NCBI RefSeq assembly: GCF_963921235.1
Contig: NC_086097.1
Span: 63,428,001-63,492,000, forward strand
DNA from: Mobula hypostoma
Lineage: Eukaryota
DNA: 64,000 nt
Direction: 5' to 3'
Below are positions 41,625 to 53,508 of this stretch, one piece after another (positions within the stretch are counted from its first letter, which is position 1; the number at the start of each line of letters is the position of its first letter). The notes under the pieces were generated by a model. The model was given only the letters and a program-made list of their open reading frames with translations, was not told the DNA's origin and searched no databases. The position numbers and the translations under genes are program-made.

Positions 41625-42305
41625 GATTGTGGACTACAGGAGAAATGCAGACAGGCTAACGCCAATTGACATCAGTGAATCTGGGCTTGAGAGGGTGGAC
41701 AGCTTTAAGTTCCTCAGCATACACATCACTAAGGCTCTCAAGTGGTCTGTACATACCAGCTGTGTGGTGAAAAAAACACAACAGCACCTCTTTCACCTCA
41801 GGCAGTTGAAGAAGTTTAGTATGCGCCCCTAAATCCTATGAACTTTCTACAGGGGCACAATTGAGAGCATCCTGACTGGCTGCACCACTGCCTGGTATGG
41901 GAACTGTACTTCCCTCAATCGCAGGACTCTGTGGACAGCCCAGCGCATCTGTTGATGTGAACTTCCCACTATTCAGGACATTTACAGAGGCAGGTGCGTA
42001 AAAAGGGACTGAAGGATCATTGGGGACCTGAGTCACTCCAACTGCAAACTGTTCCAGCTGCTACTATCCAGGAAATGGCACTGCAGCATAAAAGCCAGGA
42101 CCAACGGGCTCCAGGACAGCTTCTTCCACTGGGCCATCAGACTGATTAACTCATGCTGATACAATTGTATTTCTATGTTATATTGACTGTCCTGTTGTAC
42201 ATACTATTTATTATAAATTGCACGTTGCACATTTAGACGGAGATGTAATGTAAAGATTTTTACTCATGTATATGAAGGATATAAGTAATAAAGGTCAATT
42301 CAATT
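41625..42305 (+). mobile_element. Rex1/Babar 3' fragment
   Basis: VDSFKFLSIHIT, VKKTQQHLFHLRQLKKF, FYRGTIESILTGCTTAWYG; AATAAA plus (TCAAT)n tail. Confidence 0.85.
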
Positions 42306-43877
42306 CTGCAAGCACAACTACAGCAGTTATCTGATCATATTATCCAATGACAGTCCATGAGCAAGTTCAGTTCCAAGGTCCAGAGCAACAGGTTTGTGAA
42401 GGGAGAACTTCGCAGCACAGCCAGGTTCACATTTCACATTTCACATTTGCAAAGCCAAGGTCACAGCTAGATTTATTCTTATGCTACTAAAAGCTTCATG
42501 ACTGCCACGTGTGATATCAGAGCTATCCTATTGTGCACTCTCGCATAAGGTTACTCAGGCTCTACGCGCTCTAAGGAAAAAGCTATTTATCATCCTCTTT
42601 TGCAAGGTGAAAGGCAAAGAGTTCTGGGACTAATCAAGAACCCAAGATAAAACTTGTTATCCAAGGAGCAGTATTATGCATTTATAATGATACATCCACC
42701 CATCCCCGAGATCCTTAAACCTTAATGCAAAATGCAGAGCTGCCAGTGAGGTGCAAGGAATAACCTATGTTGTCAAAGTTAACTGCCACCTGGAACACCC
42801 TTTGAAGATGACTGAACAATCATACAAAGAGAAGCTGAGTCACCAGGAACATCTTTAAAAGGAAAAGAATAGTCATACCTACATTGTATCTTTCACAACC
42901 TCACAATGTTCCAAGACCTTGAAGCTGGTGATGCATTTGTTCGCTGCACACAAAGTTCCCTCGAACAGCAAATAACCAGAATTTGTGATGGCACATGAGG
43001 GGTAAATATTATCCAGAACACCAATAATGTCTCCTCTTCTTCTTCAAGATGGTGTTAAGGGATCTCTTGCATCTGTCCCACAGAATATTTAGGGTATCAC
43101 TTCATTATTTAATCTGAAAGGCAACATCTCTCACAGAGCAGCATTGAGTGCTATATGAGACAGACAACCTAGACTTATGTGTTCAAGGCATTGAAGTTTT
43201 ACCAGAACCCACTACCTTCAAACTTAAAATGGCAAAAGAGGCATCACAAGCACGACGACGTTCAGGTTTACATGCCTTGACCAATGAGGAGATCCTCAGC
43301 CAAGGAGGTGTCAGCATTCATAATTTACTATAAGCTTCACAGTTTGATAACCATTAAGAACCAGTTATTAGGCATGAGCTTAAGAGCTGCAAGAGAAGGA
43401 GTAAAAGGGGGGAGACAGAGGAAAGACCAGAGGCTTCAAAGATGGCAACAGATCAGAGAAGCATTGGTCTCCTTTGGGGACTGTGTTCTAAGTTGCTACA
43501 AGTTTAATATTCCTCATTAGACTCTTAGCAGATCATAAGCACTTAATCTTTTCAGCAACATGATAAATATAATAAAAAATACCAACCAATTACCATAATC
43601 ACCATTAATGTATATTAAAAACAATTATGTAAACTTGACTGAACAACATGACTTACAAATATTAAACCACTGTATTTTTGCTGATACCGACCTTAAGTGC
43701 TTTGGAGTGTATACAGTGTTTCCATGTGCAATATAGCTTAGTTGTTCGCAGAACATCTGCTGATCAGTTCACAAAGTCCTCAAGAAGCTGGTGATGGCCC
43801 ACTTCAGCCTGACAGTTTCACACAAGCAGTCTGAGCCACTCGTCTGAGGCAGACGCAGGCCTGAATGCAAGCATGTG

Positions 43878-43880
<3 letters not shown>

Positions 43881-43915
<35 letters not shown>
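43881..43915. repeat. (CA)n microsatellite
   Basis: Direct observation. Confidence 0.97.
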
Positions 43916-43917
<2 letters not shown>

Positions 43918-43989
43918 AGCAGGAAGTCTCCCTTCATTAACGTTCATTTACTAAGGCATGATGGGATGATGTTGGCTACTTTTCACTTT

Positions 43990-44460
43990 AAGATTCATGG
44001 GGAATTTGCCAGGACTCAGGGGCCTGAGTTATATGTAGAGGTTGGGTAGGCTATGACTTTATTCGATGGAGCATAGGAATCTGAGGGGTGAACTTATAGA
44101 GGTATATAAAATCATGAGGGCCATAGATAGGGTGGATACTCGCTGTCTTCTTCCCAGTGAAAGGGAACCGAAAGCTTGAGGGCCTAGGTTTAAGGTGAGA
44201 TTTAAAAGGGACCTGAGGAGCAATTTCTTCACACAGAAGATGGTGAGCATGTGGAATCAGCCAGCAGATTTAGTAGTTGAGGTAGGTACATAACAATATT
44301 TAAAAGGCAGCTGGATAAGTACCGTATATGGAAGGAAAGGTTTTGAGAGGTACGGCCAAATGCAGGCAAATGGGACTAGCCCAGATGGGCACCTTGATTG
44401 TCATAGGTGAACTGTGCCGAAAGCCCTGTTTCCATGCTATATTACCCTATGACTCAATGA
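43990..44460 (+). mobile_element. old CR1 3' fragment
   Basis: LRGELIEVYKIMRAIDRVD, FFTQKMVSMWN. Confidence 0.75.
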
Positions 44461-44694
44461 CCACTAGGCTAGACAATGTTATTGAACATCCCTTCCTACA
44501 TAGGTGTTAACTTTAACGTCACTGTCTCTTTACACGATGCATCTGGGAATGTCACAGAAAGTCCAGTGGCTTACAGATAATCCCGACATGCACAGATTCT
44601 TCAGAGGTGCCAAGGTCATGCACACAATCTACAGGACCTCACCGTCACTACAGATAACAAGTCAAAAAGACCAAGTGAAAACTGCCACACAAGG

Positions 44695-45120
44695 GAGGCT
44701 GCATATGCTGGAAATCTAGATCAACACACAAAGTGCTGGAGGAGCTCAGCAAGTCAGGCAGCATCTATGGAGGAAAATGAATAGTCAATGGTGTGGGCCC
44801 TCACTACCTGCAAATCACCTTCAGCCTTCTCCCTCTGGTTCCCCACCTCCTTCCGTTTATTCTATGGTCTGATTCCCCTTTCCAGCTTCTCATGTTATTC
44901 CCTTTGTCCCTCCTCCCCCAAACTCCTGCCTTTCACCTCTTACCAGGATTCACCTATCACCTGCCAGATTGTGCTGCCCTCCCTCTCCTTACCCTTTTAC
45001 TCTCGATTCGAACCCTTTCCTTTCCAAAACGGATGTAGGGGCTTAGCCCGAGACATCGACTGTTCAATTTCCTCCATAGATCCTGCCTGACCCACCGAGT
45101 TCTTCCATCATCTTATGTTT
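44695..45120. mobile_element. decayed Penelope terminal-repeat inverted pair
   Basis: GCTGGAGGAGCTCAGCAAGTCAGGCAGCATCTATGG on the left; its inverted homologue at ~45070-45115. Confidence 0.7.
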
Positions 45121-48100
45121 ATTTAACAAAGTGAAAAACAACAGACCTCAGGAACAGGTAGTATCCCTGCACAAGTTGATAGAAAATAACATCAGTCACA
45201 AATTCATAATCTCACCTACTGAATGCATTCAGAGCAGGAATGATAGATTCTTAAATAATAAAGATTTCAAGGAACATGGGGGTGTGTATGCACAGGAAAG
45301 TTCTGTTGAGTGAGGAGATCAGCCACAGTCATACGAAATGGTGCAGCAGCCACAAGAGACTGAATAGACCACTCCTGCATCATTTCTGATGTTCTTCCAC
45401 ACCTGGTAAAAGAGGATAGACTAAGAGAGCTGAAGGACACCATTTTGTAACTATCTTCACTTAGGGAGACAAATTCAACTGTGGTAATGACAGTGGGTTC
45501 TCCCTCCTGTCAGCAATGATGGAAGTCGTTTTGTGCATCTTCCCCACTTGACTCATGTCAGTAACAATCGAGCTGCTCCCCCAGCAGAAATATGAATTCT
45601 CCCCATGTAACGGCACAATAAATATCTTCTTCACAATAATTCCAAAGGAAATGTAGGAAGAAGCATCAACCAGTGTATTGGGACTTTGTTTTCTGTATCA
45701 CAAAAGCCTTTGATTTAGCCAATTGAGGGCCACTGGTTAATATCCAATTGAAATTTGGTTCCCCTCAAAAATTCTTCTCCATCTTATATTTGCTTAATGA
45801 TGGCATGCAGTTTGTGATCTTAGCCTATGGGCCCCAACAGACCCTTTCCCAATGCAGGCAAGTGTAAAGGGGCGGAGCTACAGATGGTGCCAGAAGGCGA
45901 CTTCTCCCAACGCATCAGTGAAACAGTTAAATTCTTCCTAATATAATGTCTCTGTTTTCCGTTTCAGAGTCACTAGGTCCAATCGGGATCTTTGATTGAC
46001 AGCAGCACTCAAAGACCACAGTTCTGCATGATTGCATGTTGCTGTTCTTGGAGCTCACCAAGCAGCCACATTTCGGCCTGTCCTGGTTCAGCCTGAAGTC
46101 GGGCACCTTTGGGGCCTGTATGTCCCTGTGGACAAATTCTCACCAGTGTCAAGTACCAAAGTGTAGTGGGAGCTGGAACATCAAAGACAGCAATAGTGAC
46201 TCTAAGAGGGCTCTGCACTCGATAATTGATTTGCCGATTCTCGAGTCAAGGAACTCAAAATAAAAAGCAGCACTTCAGGCGGACTCTAATATCAAAGTAG
46301 TGACTGTTGTCTCCCCTGTCACTGTGGGAGAAGCGATATCTGCCTCTCTCTTGTTAGTGAGGAGAGAGCCTGTGGGATGTTGAAATGTGGGAGTGAACAG
46401 TGAGTTTTTGATGGACTGTAGACCAGGATCTCTCTTTGACGGCTTTGATTTTGCTTGCATGATGGGTGATGGGAATGCTAGAATAAGTGGGGGGGAGGAG
46501 TGAGGGGGGAAGGTTGGTGCTGCTTGTGTGTGGGGGGAGCTGGGGGCTTTCGGGTTCTTATGTTTTTTCTGTCGTTCATTCTTTGGGATTTTTTATTCTG
46601 TTTCAATTATGTCTGCAAAGGGTAAGAATTTCAGGTTGTATATTGTATGCATTGTCTGATATTAAATGGAACTTCTGAACTATTGAACATCGTCACTCTG
46701 ATCTTAGTGCTTTTCCCAGTGATGCTGCACTTCATCTTCCACAAACTTCCTACTGGTTTGGAAATAATCTAAAGGACAAATGGGAAACAGTTCACCTTAC
46801 ACCATCTCCACACCAAAAGCAAGGTCAACCAAACTTCAAAAGAATGCAACGATGCTTGTGTATGCACAGAATCTGAGTCAACTACTCATTCACCGAAGAA
46901 TGCAAAAGAAAGGACCTAACACTGAACATCTGCTAAGGTAAGTGTTCTGCATCATCCAGCTTGTGAGGGCTATTCTAAATACCTGCTGCTGGAAGAAGGG
47001 CTATTACGTTCCGGAGCTATTGTTTACAAAGAGAGGATGACCAGCTAGACACACACAGTAACAAGAGAAAGTTAGATATCCTTTCTGACTCAATTAAACT
47101 TATAAAACTATTAAACTTTTTCTAGATCTAGGATACAGTTCAGATGGCCACAGATCGGAGTAGAGGATGATTCGCTTTGGCTCTGGAATTTTGAACGTAG
47201 TGAATGCACTATCATTTTGCAAAGCCCATCTGGAGGAAACATTAAAGACAATCAGGAATATTCTGTTTTTTGCTTCTTATCCTGCCAACAATACCTAAAG
47301 TCACAGGCTATCATGCGGTAAGTTATTACTCCTTTTGAACATTCTTGTTAACCTGTGGTAAAGAGACATTTGATGCTTCCAGAGACATCCCACAACAAAG
47401 ATTCCCATCACCCCTCTACCAACAATGCCACTCAAACCTAAACATCCTATCCAAACATGTCTGCATCTGTCATTTACATCCATATTAGAGTTACACTCAT
47501 ACCTTGTCAACTAATTTGGTAACAAGATGACCTTGTAAATTCCAATAGAATTTTACTGACATGTGTACTGTAGCCTAAATAAAAGCAAAGGCTTTTAGCC
47601 TTTATACAGCAGGCAGAAATGGAGTGGCTACATTCCAGAAATCCTATCTTTCAATGCATTATGTAGGAACACTTAAGTAGCCCTTAAAGATCGAGTTAAA
47701 TATAATGCTCACTATAAAAATATAATCCTTGCAGATGTAGAGTTGGACTGCCACCTGGGGAACAGTTAATGTCTGTACAGATAACAGTAAGCTTTTTTTA
47801 TGACTACTGCCAAATATCCTTTTAAATTGCCAGTTTTCTGCTTAGTACCTAAAGGAATAGAGAAGCTGCGTGGCTGGGGTCCCGAGCTCACACTGTGAGG
47901 GCATCATCGAAAATCAGTGCAGGTGGGAATGACAAGTTTTTTTTTTGATTATCTTCCAGGCAAGGCTAGAAGATTCTTATAATTAATAGTTCATAATTTA
48001 TGGTCCATAGTTGTGCCCAAAATTTCACTCTGCACATTTATAACAGGAAGCATTTTATTCTCTTATGCCAGAGGTTAACAAGCATAGCTTTGCTCGCAAT

Positions 48101-48134
48101 GTGGATCCATCCCACGGTGAAATCTGTCACTGAA

Positions 48135-48926
48135 TTTGGTGGCAAAAATAGGAAAACAGATTATTATCTGAATGGTGGCCGATTAGGAAAAGGGGAGGTG
48201 CAACGAGACCTGGGTGTCATTATACACCAGTCATTGAAAGTGGGCATGCAGGTACAGCAGGCGGTGAAAAAGGCGAACGGTATGCTGGCATTTATAGCGA
48301 GAGGATTCGAGTACAGGAGCAGGGAGGTACTACTGCAGTTGTACAAGGCCTTGGTGAGACCACACCTGGAGTATTGTGTGCAGTTTTGGTCCCCTAATCT
48401 GAGGAAAGACATCTTTGCCATAGAGGGAGTACAAAGAAGGTTCACCAGATTGATTCCTGGGATGGCAGGTCTTTCATATGAAGAAAGACTGGATGAACTG
48501 GGCTTGTACTCGTTGGAATTTAGAAGATTGAGGGGGGATCTGATTGAAACGTATAAGATCCTAAAGGGATTGGACAGGCTAGATGCAGGAAGATTGTTCC
48601 CGATGTTGGGGAGGTCTAGAACAAGGGGTCACAGTTTGAGGATAGAGGGGAAGCCTTTTAGGACCGAGGTTAGGAAAAACTTCTTCACACAGTGAGTGGT
48701 GAATCTGTGGAATTCTCTGCCACAGCAAACTGTTGAGGCCAGTTCATTAGCTATGTTTAAAAGGAAGTTAGATATGGCCCTTGTGGCTACAGGGGTCAGG
48801 GGGTATGGAGGGAAGGCTGGGTTCTGAGTTGGATGATCAGCCATGATCATAATAAATGGCGGTGCAGGCTCGAAGGGCCGAATGGCCTACTCCTGCACCT
48901 ATTTTCTATGTTTCTATGTTTCTATG
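48135..48926 (+). mobile_element. young 5'-truncated CR1, near-identical to the 3' part of 30929-33289
   Basis: Only two differences noticed by eye, one creating TGA at 48693-48695; (TTTCTATG)3 tail; TGAAT at both junctions. Confidence 0.96.
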
Positions 48927-49094
48927 AATGCACAAATCAGTCACCATCGCTACCTAATTCCAAAACAACCACTGAATTCCATTCCCTCAGTAACCAGTGA
49001 CTGTAAATTCCACTCCCTCAGCGACTGTAAGAACTAAGGTAGCAAATCATTTAGATCAATGCTACCTTTATTATGTGGTACTCAGGGTGGTCAC

Positions 49095-49250
49095 CTGCTG
49101 ATGACATGGTTGATGACCCCAGTGTACAACCCAAACGTACACACAGGATGGATGCGATAAATATCAGAAATACAATACAGCGGAGTACCGTAACACAGGA
49201 ATAATGGCTCTCGTGTTCGGTGTGCTCTGGAAGATTTACAATGAAATGTA
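49095..49250 (+). mobile_element. ancient Harbinger transposase remnant
   Basis: WLMTPVYNP then, in another frame, KYNTA..........FGVL with the spacing of the Harbinger YN.AH..TR..IE..FGVLK.RF block. Confidence 0.45.
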
Positions 49251-50036
49251 TGATGCGTTGGAAAACCTGGATTATGCAAGTTCAGCTATCACCACCAACT
49301 ACACAGTAAGCATCTGAGGAACATGACCAAGAGGAAAGGAGAAGGCCGATTTTTCACAGGCTACAGAATGTTTGGTATTATGGCTGCTAACTGTTTGTGG
49401 AGGAAGGAAAGCATGTCGGGGCCGAGAATGCCCAGGTGCAGATTGCAACATCTCGATGTGGGGACCAGCAGTCTGAACTGATTAGTTACCACAGCAAGGG
49501 TCCTGGACAAGATGATGAATGCCACATTTCTGACGAGTACTAGAGGATTCATGCTCCATGCAAGGACAAAGATTTTCCCCTGCACCTCCGCACCCTCGTC
49601 ACCCACTGGTAAACAGAATACCAACGCGGTTATGAACTCGACATCCATGATTGCGGCACAGACACTGAGTGGGCATTCCTTGATTTTTCATTTTTGTTCG
49701 TTCGGTTTTTGAGTTGTAGCAACTGATGACAGGGCCAGCATTTTTTTCCCCATAACTAGTGGCACTCATGGTGAGCTGCTCCTCAAAGAGCTGCAGCCTT
49801 TCTCATACTGTTGGGTAGGGAGTTCCAGAATTTGGTTTCAGAGACAGCAAAGGAACAGCAATATATTCCCAAATGAAGACAGTGTACAATTTAGAGGGGG
49901 AGTGTGTAGTTGGCAATGGTCCTATTCATCTACTCTCCTTGTCTATCTTGGTGGGAAAGGATGCATAATAAATCTTTATTGTCATGGCTAAAGACAATGA
50001 CATTGCAGTGCTACACCAGTCCATGCAAAACATATA

Positions 50037-50194
50037 CAAGAGAAAATTTGCAGAAGCTGGAAATCTGAGCGACACACACAACATACTGGAGGAACTCAGC
50101 AGGCCAGCTACCATCTATGGAAAAATTCAGGGTCCATCATCCTCTAGATGCTGCCTGGCCTACTGAGTCCCTCCAGCATTCCGTGTGTGTTGTT
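50037..50194. mobile_element. mini Penelope terminal hairpin insertion
   Basis: Inverted Penelope termini; perfect 15-bp TSD CATGCAAAACATATA at 50022-50036 and 50195-50209. Confidence 0.85.
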
Positions 50195-50445
50195 CATGCA
50201 AAACATATAGTTACAATGGATGTGGTACGGCTCAATTTTTTTAAAAAACCCATGTTTTGGAAATCCCATAGATTTGGGAGGGGCTGTCAGAGTACAGTAT
50301 CCTTTTATCTGCTTGTAGGGGATAGAATGTCACATGCCATCTGCTAATCTATGCCTGAATGTTGGCAAATTCTCACTGTAGGCAGGCAAGGACTGTTGCA
50401 TTACTGGGATACTGTGAATGGAATTGGATATTGTGAAATCACAGT

Positions 50446-51219
50446 TGTTGGCCAGAAAGAATGACAATCTACAAATCAGTGAATTCATATGAATCAAGGA
50501 CAGTGGAAGCAGTCTTTGTTCTTTTCACATGCTTGGGGATGGAGGCTGCCATTTTGTGAAGTCACTTTATTCTCCATTTTGGGAGCTTGACATGCTGGGC
50601 TTGATCAGTTTTAAAGAAGACACAATGATTAATCACAAGGTAATCTGCTGGACTGGAGATCATTTCCAAATAAGAAGTGTTTTTGTGAGATGTTATTTGG
50701 TTGGCTATAACATGCAGGTTTGTGAAAGTTGGGGTTGATGCCTGCCTGAAATGATTCGAGCTGATTGAGAACAAAGAGCCATAAATTATCGACAAACCAA
50801 TAACAAGGTGTTAAAGGACAGACACATGGCCTGTGGCCAATGACACTGGAATGCGATATTTGAATTGATAAGGAATGGATATAAAAGTGGATGCTTTGTG
50901 TGTGTGCTGGTAGCGGTAACTTGGAAGAATAACCATCGCAGATACAAACGTAAGCAACCCTGTGTAGAACACATGGCGAGTGAATCGGGACAATGAGGAA
51001 CGCTTGGCCAGCATAAACTCCTTTGCCCGGGTAATACTTTTGCTATTCTTTGACTCTTCAGGAGAGTCAGGGATACTTAGTGGGTATGCACACAAGGTAT
51101 TTAGTGTATGAATTCACGTACATATTAGTTTAAACAATAAAGGTACTTGTCAGTAAATACAGATCTCTCTGTGCCTCACTAAGCATCGTTATAAGTAGAA
51201 GTAGTATTTTTTTACAACA
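50446..51219 (+). repeat. provirus 5' LTR (774 bp)
   Basis: TGTTGG...ACAACA; CCAAT boxes near 50797 and 50837; TATAAAA 50880-50886; AATAAA 51136-51141. Confidence 0.95.
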
Positions 51220-51223
51220 GAAT

Positions 51224-51245
51224 TGGTGTCCCTGGGTGGGCTCGA
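51224..51245 (+). promoter_or_regulatory. primer-binding site for tRNA-Asn(GTT)
   Basis: TGGTGTCCCTGGGTGGGCTCGA versus the complement of vertebrate tRNA-Asn 3' end TGGCGTCCCTGGGTGGGCTCGA: one mismatch, at a CpG. Confidence 0.9.
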
Positions 51246-51958
51246 GGTTAAATCTCCTGTTGAGACAGCAAGGGACTCGAGCCGGACCATGTGGGTGAGA
51301 AACAGAGAGATCGGGGAGGCTGGGTAGCTGGTTAGTACTGACCCAGGATGAAGAATTTAGGGAAACCCACAAGTCTGAAGGACTTGGATTGTTTGATTGG
51401 AGGGGATTCCTCCAGAGGTACGTATTGGGGAAATGGCCACAATACAGGGAGTATGCTGAACACACCAGCGGTGAAGGCGGTGAAGTGTTTCTTAGAATTG
51501 CCAAAGGGAAATTGTCAGATAAGGAATTTAAGCGACTACTGAAGCTAGTAGCAGTCGCCTGCCTCATTGAGGAGTTAATAAGATATCGGCAAAAAGCCGA
51601 CACTGAGCCAGATAAGTTAGAAGGCGAAAACAAAAGAATCAGAAAGGTGTTCGAAGATGAAAACAGAATGCTCCAAAAGGAGTTAGAAATCCTCAAGGGA
51701 AATTTTACAGATTTACAGGGACAAAGAAGTATGGATTTGGTGCATATGAATCAATTTCAGCTGAAATGCGAGAAACTGGTTAAAGAACAAAGTAAACGGA
51801 AAGAAGCAGCTAATTTGGCCAAGAACCAGGCAGAGGAATTAAAGAAACAGTGCAGTGATTTAAAAACAGCTATAAATGTGATACAGAAATCAGTTACTGA
51901 AAAGAGAAGTTATACTAGTGATCATACAAAGTGTTTAAACAGATACAAAAGCTGCAGG

Positions 51959-52332
51959 CAACACACTCAAAATGCTGGTGGAACGCAGCAGGCCAGACAA
52001 CATCCATAGGAAGAAACACAGTCGACATTTCGGGCTGAGACCCTTCGTCAGGATTAACTGAAAGAAGAGATAGTAAGAGATTTGAAAGTGGGAGGGGGAG
52101 GGGGAGATCTGAAATGATCCCCTTCCTGTCTTCCCCTATCATTTCGGATCTCCCCCTCCCCCCCCCCACTTTCAAATCTCCTACTGTCTCTTCTTTCAGT
52201 TAGTCGTGACGAAGTGTTTCGGCCCGAAACGTCGACTGTGCCCCTTGCTGTCTGGCTTGCTGCGTTCCACCAGCATTTTGAGTGTGTTGCTTGAATTTCC
52301 AGCATCTGCAGATTTCCTCGTGTTTGCAGTTT
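51959..52332. mobile_element. Penelope terminal-repeat hairpin inserted in gag
   Basis: ~160-bp arms in inverted orientation, homologous to 7300-7520; degenerate 15-bp flank duplication (11/15) at 51944-51958 and 52333-52347. Confidence 0.88.
52020..52058 (-). ncRNA. minimal type I hammerhead ribozyme motif, core intact
   Basis: Minus strand: AATC CTGACGA AGGGTCTCAGCCC GAAA TG TC GACT. Confidence 0.7.
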
Positions 52333-53508
52333 CATAAAAACTGCTGGACCAACTTGCTGCACAGAGAGGAATAATATGTGCTTTTGGATCTGAAAGAGGG
52401 GAGGAGAGTGAATATGCAGATACAGATTGGAACGGTTTAACAGATGATGCAACTAGATATGGTTGTGATAATGATGAAGCGCTTTTTCCTGAGTATCCCC
52501 ACCCGCATACAATGCGAAGGAATTGTCGGTGCCAACGGCACCACTAGCCCCTCTAGTTACTACTAGAGAGGGAGGAGCTGGGACAGGAAATCAAAACCAG
52601 AATATAACATACACTCCGTGTGGAGTACAGCAGCTCAGAGACATTGCCAAAGATATCGGGATTTGTGGGTTCGGAGATGACCCTCGGGAACTGTTTCAAG
52701 CAATTAATCATCAGAGAATAATACACGGCCTAGATGACACCGAGGAAAGGAAATTGATTACAATGTGTTTACATCCAAATACAGTATACACTCGGCTTTG
52801 CCAGATATACAACAACAAGGTGGGGGTACAAATAAGGAATTAAAGACGGAAATATTGACTGTTACGGGTATTAACATAGGGGACCCAGTAGAGGCGCTGG
52901 TAAAATGTTACCAGAGGAGAGGTGAACATCCCACTGCGTTTGCGTCCCATTTATGGACAGTGTTCCAAGGAGCATATGGACCAGCATTAGATCGAGACCA
53001 TTTAGGACCAGAGCCCTCAAATAGATAGTTAAGGACACTGGTGTCTCACTCCACCGATGAATCTAAAAAGGTATTAGAAATGTTTGATCCCACTGACCCT
53101 ACACATAATGAGGCATGGATACTGAGGAAAATGAGTAGAGCATGGGAAAAGGAGGCACAAAGGCCAAATAAACCCGGTAATGGGAAAGTGCTGCCTGTTG
53201 GAGGTAAGGCAACTGCCTGGAGAAATGAGGGTAGGGGACCCACCCCAAATATCATCCCACCACACTATCAAGTGACCAGGAAAACCAGAGGAGATGAAAC
53301 AGTGTCGAGAACAGGGAGACTTGGAGATGGAGTATTTAAATGCTATAACTGTGGTCAAGAGGGACACATCAAGAGGGAATGTCCAAACCTGAGAAGTGGG
53401 AGACTAGAGCAAGGAGGTTTGACCTTGGAGGGGCCAGATAGAACTAGCCCACAAAATAATGTGGTGGAGACAGCGCCATCTAGGGGATTGTACCCCAAGC
53501 TTCAATGA

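Larger units (their letters stand above)
51348..53508 (+). pseudogene. gag: provirus gag (coiled-coil N-terminus, capsid-like middle, one CCHC knuckle); frameshifted and interrupted
   Basis: ORF pieces 51389-52009, 52523-52843, 52765-53028, 53041-53508; CYNCGQEGHIKREC at 53341-53382. Confidence 0.85.

Noticed and set aside
46720..46937. Possible host exon (TTTTCCCAG ... AG|GTAAGT)
   Set aside because: Stops in the frames I read and no recognisable protein; splice-like words occur by chance.
48000..48695. 231-aa chimeric ORF as a new gene
   Set aside because: Chance in-frame ATG upstream of a truncated CR1; no independent support.
51224..51245. tRNA-Asn gene fragment
   Set aside because: Only the 3' 22 nt including the CCA complement, next to an LTR, so it is a PBS.
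51389..52009. Host SMC/myosin-like coiled-coil gene
   Set aside because: It lies just after the PBS and continues into Gag; the ORF's C-terminus is read-through into the Penelope insert.
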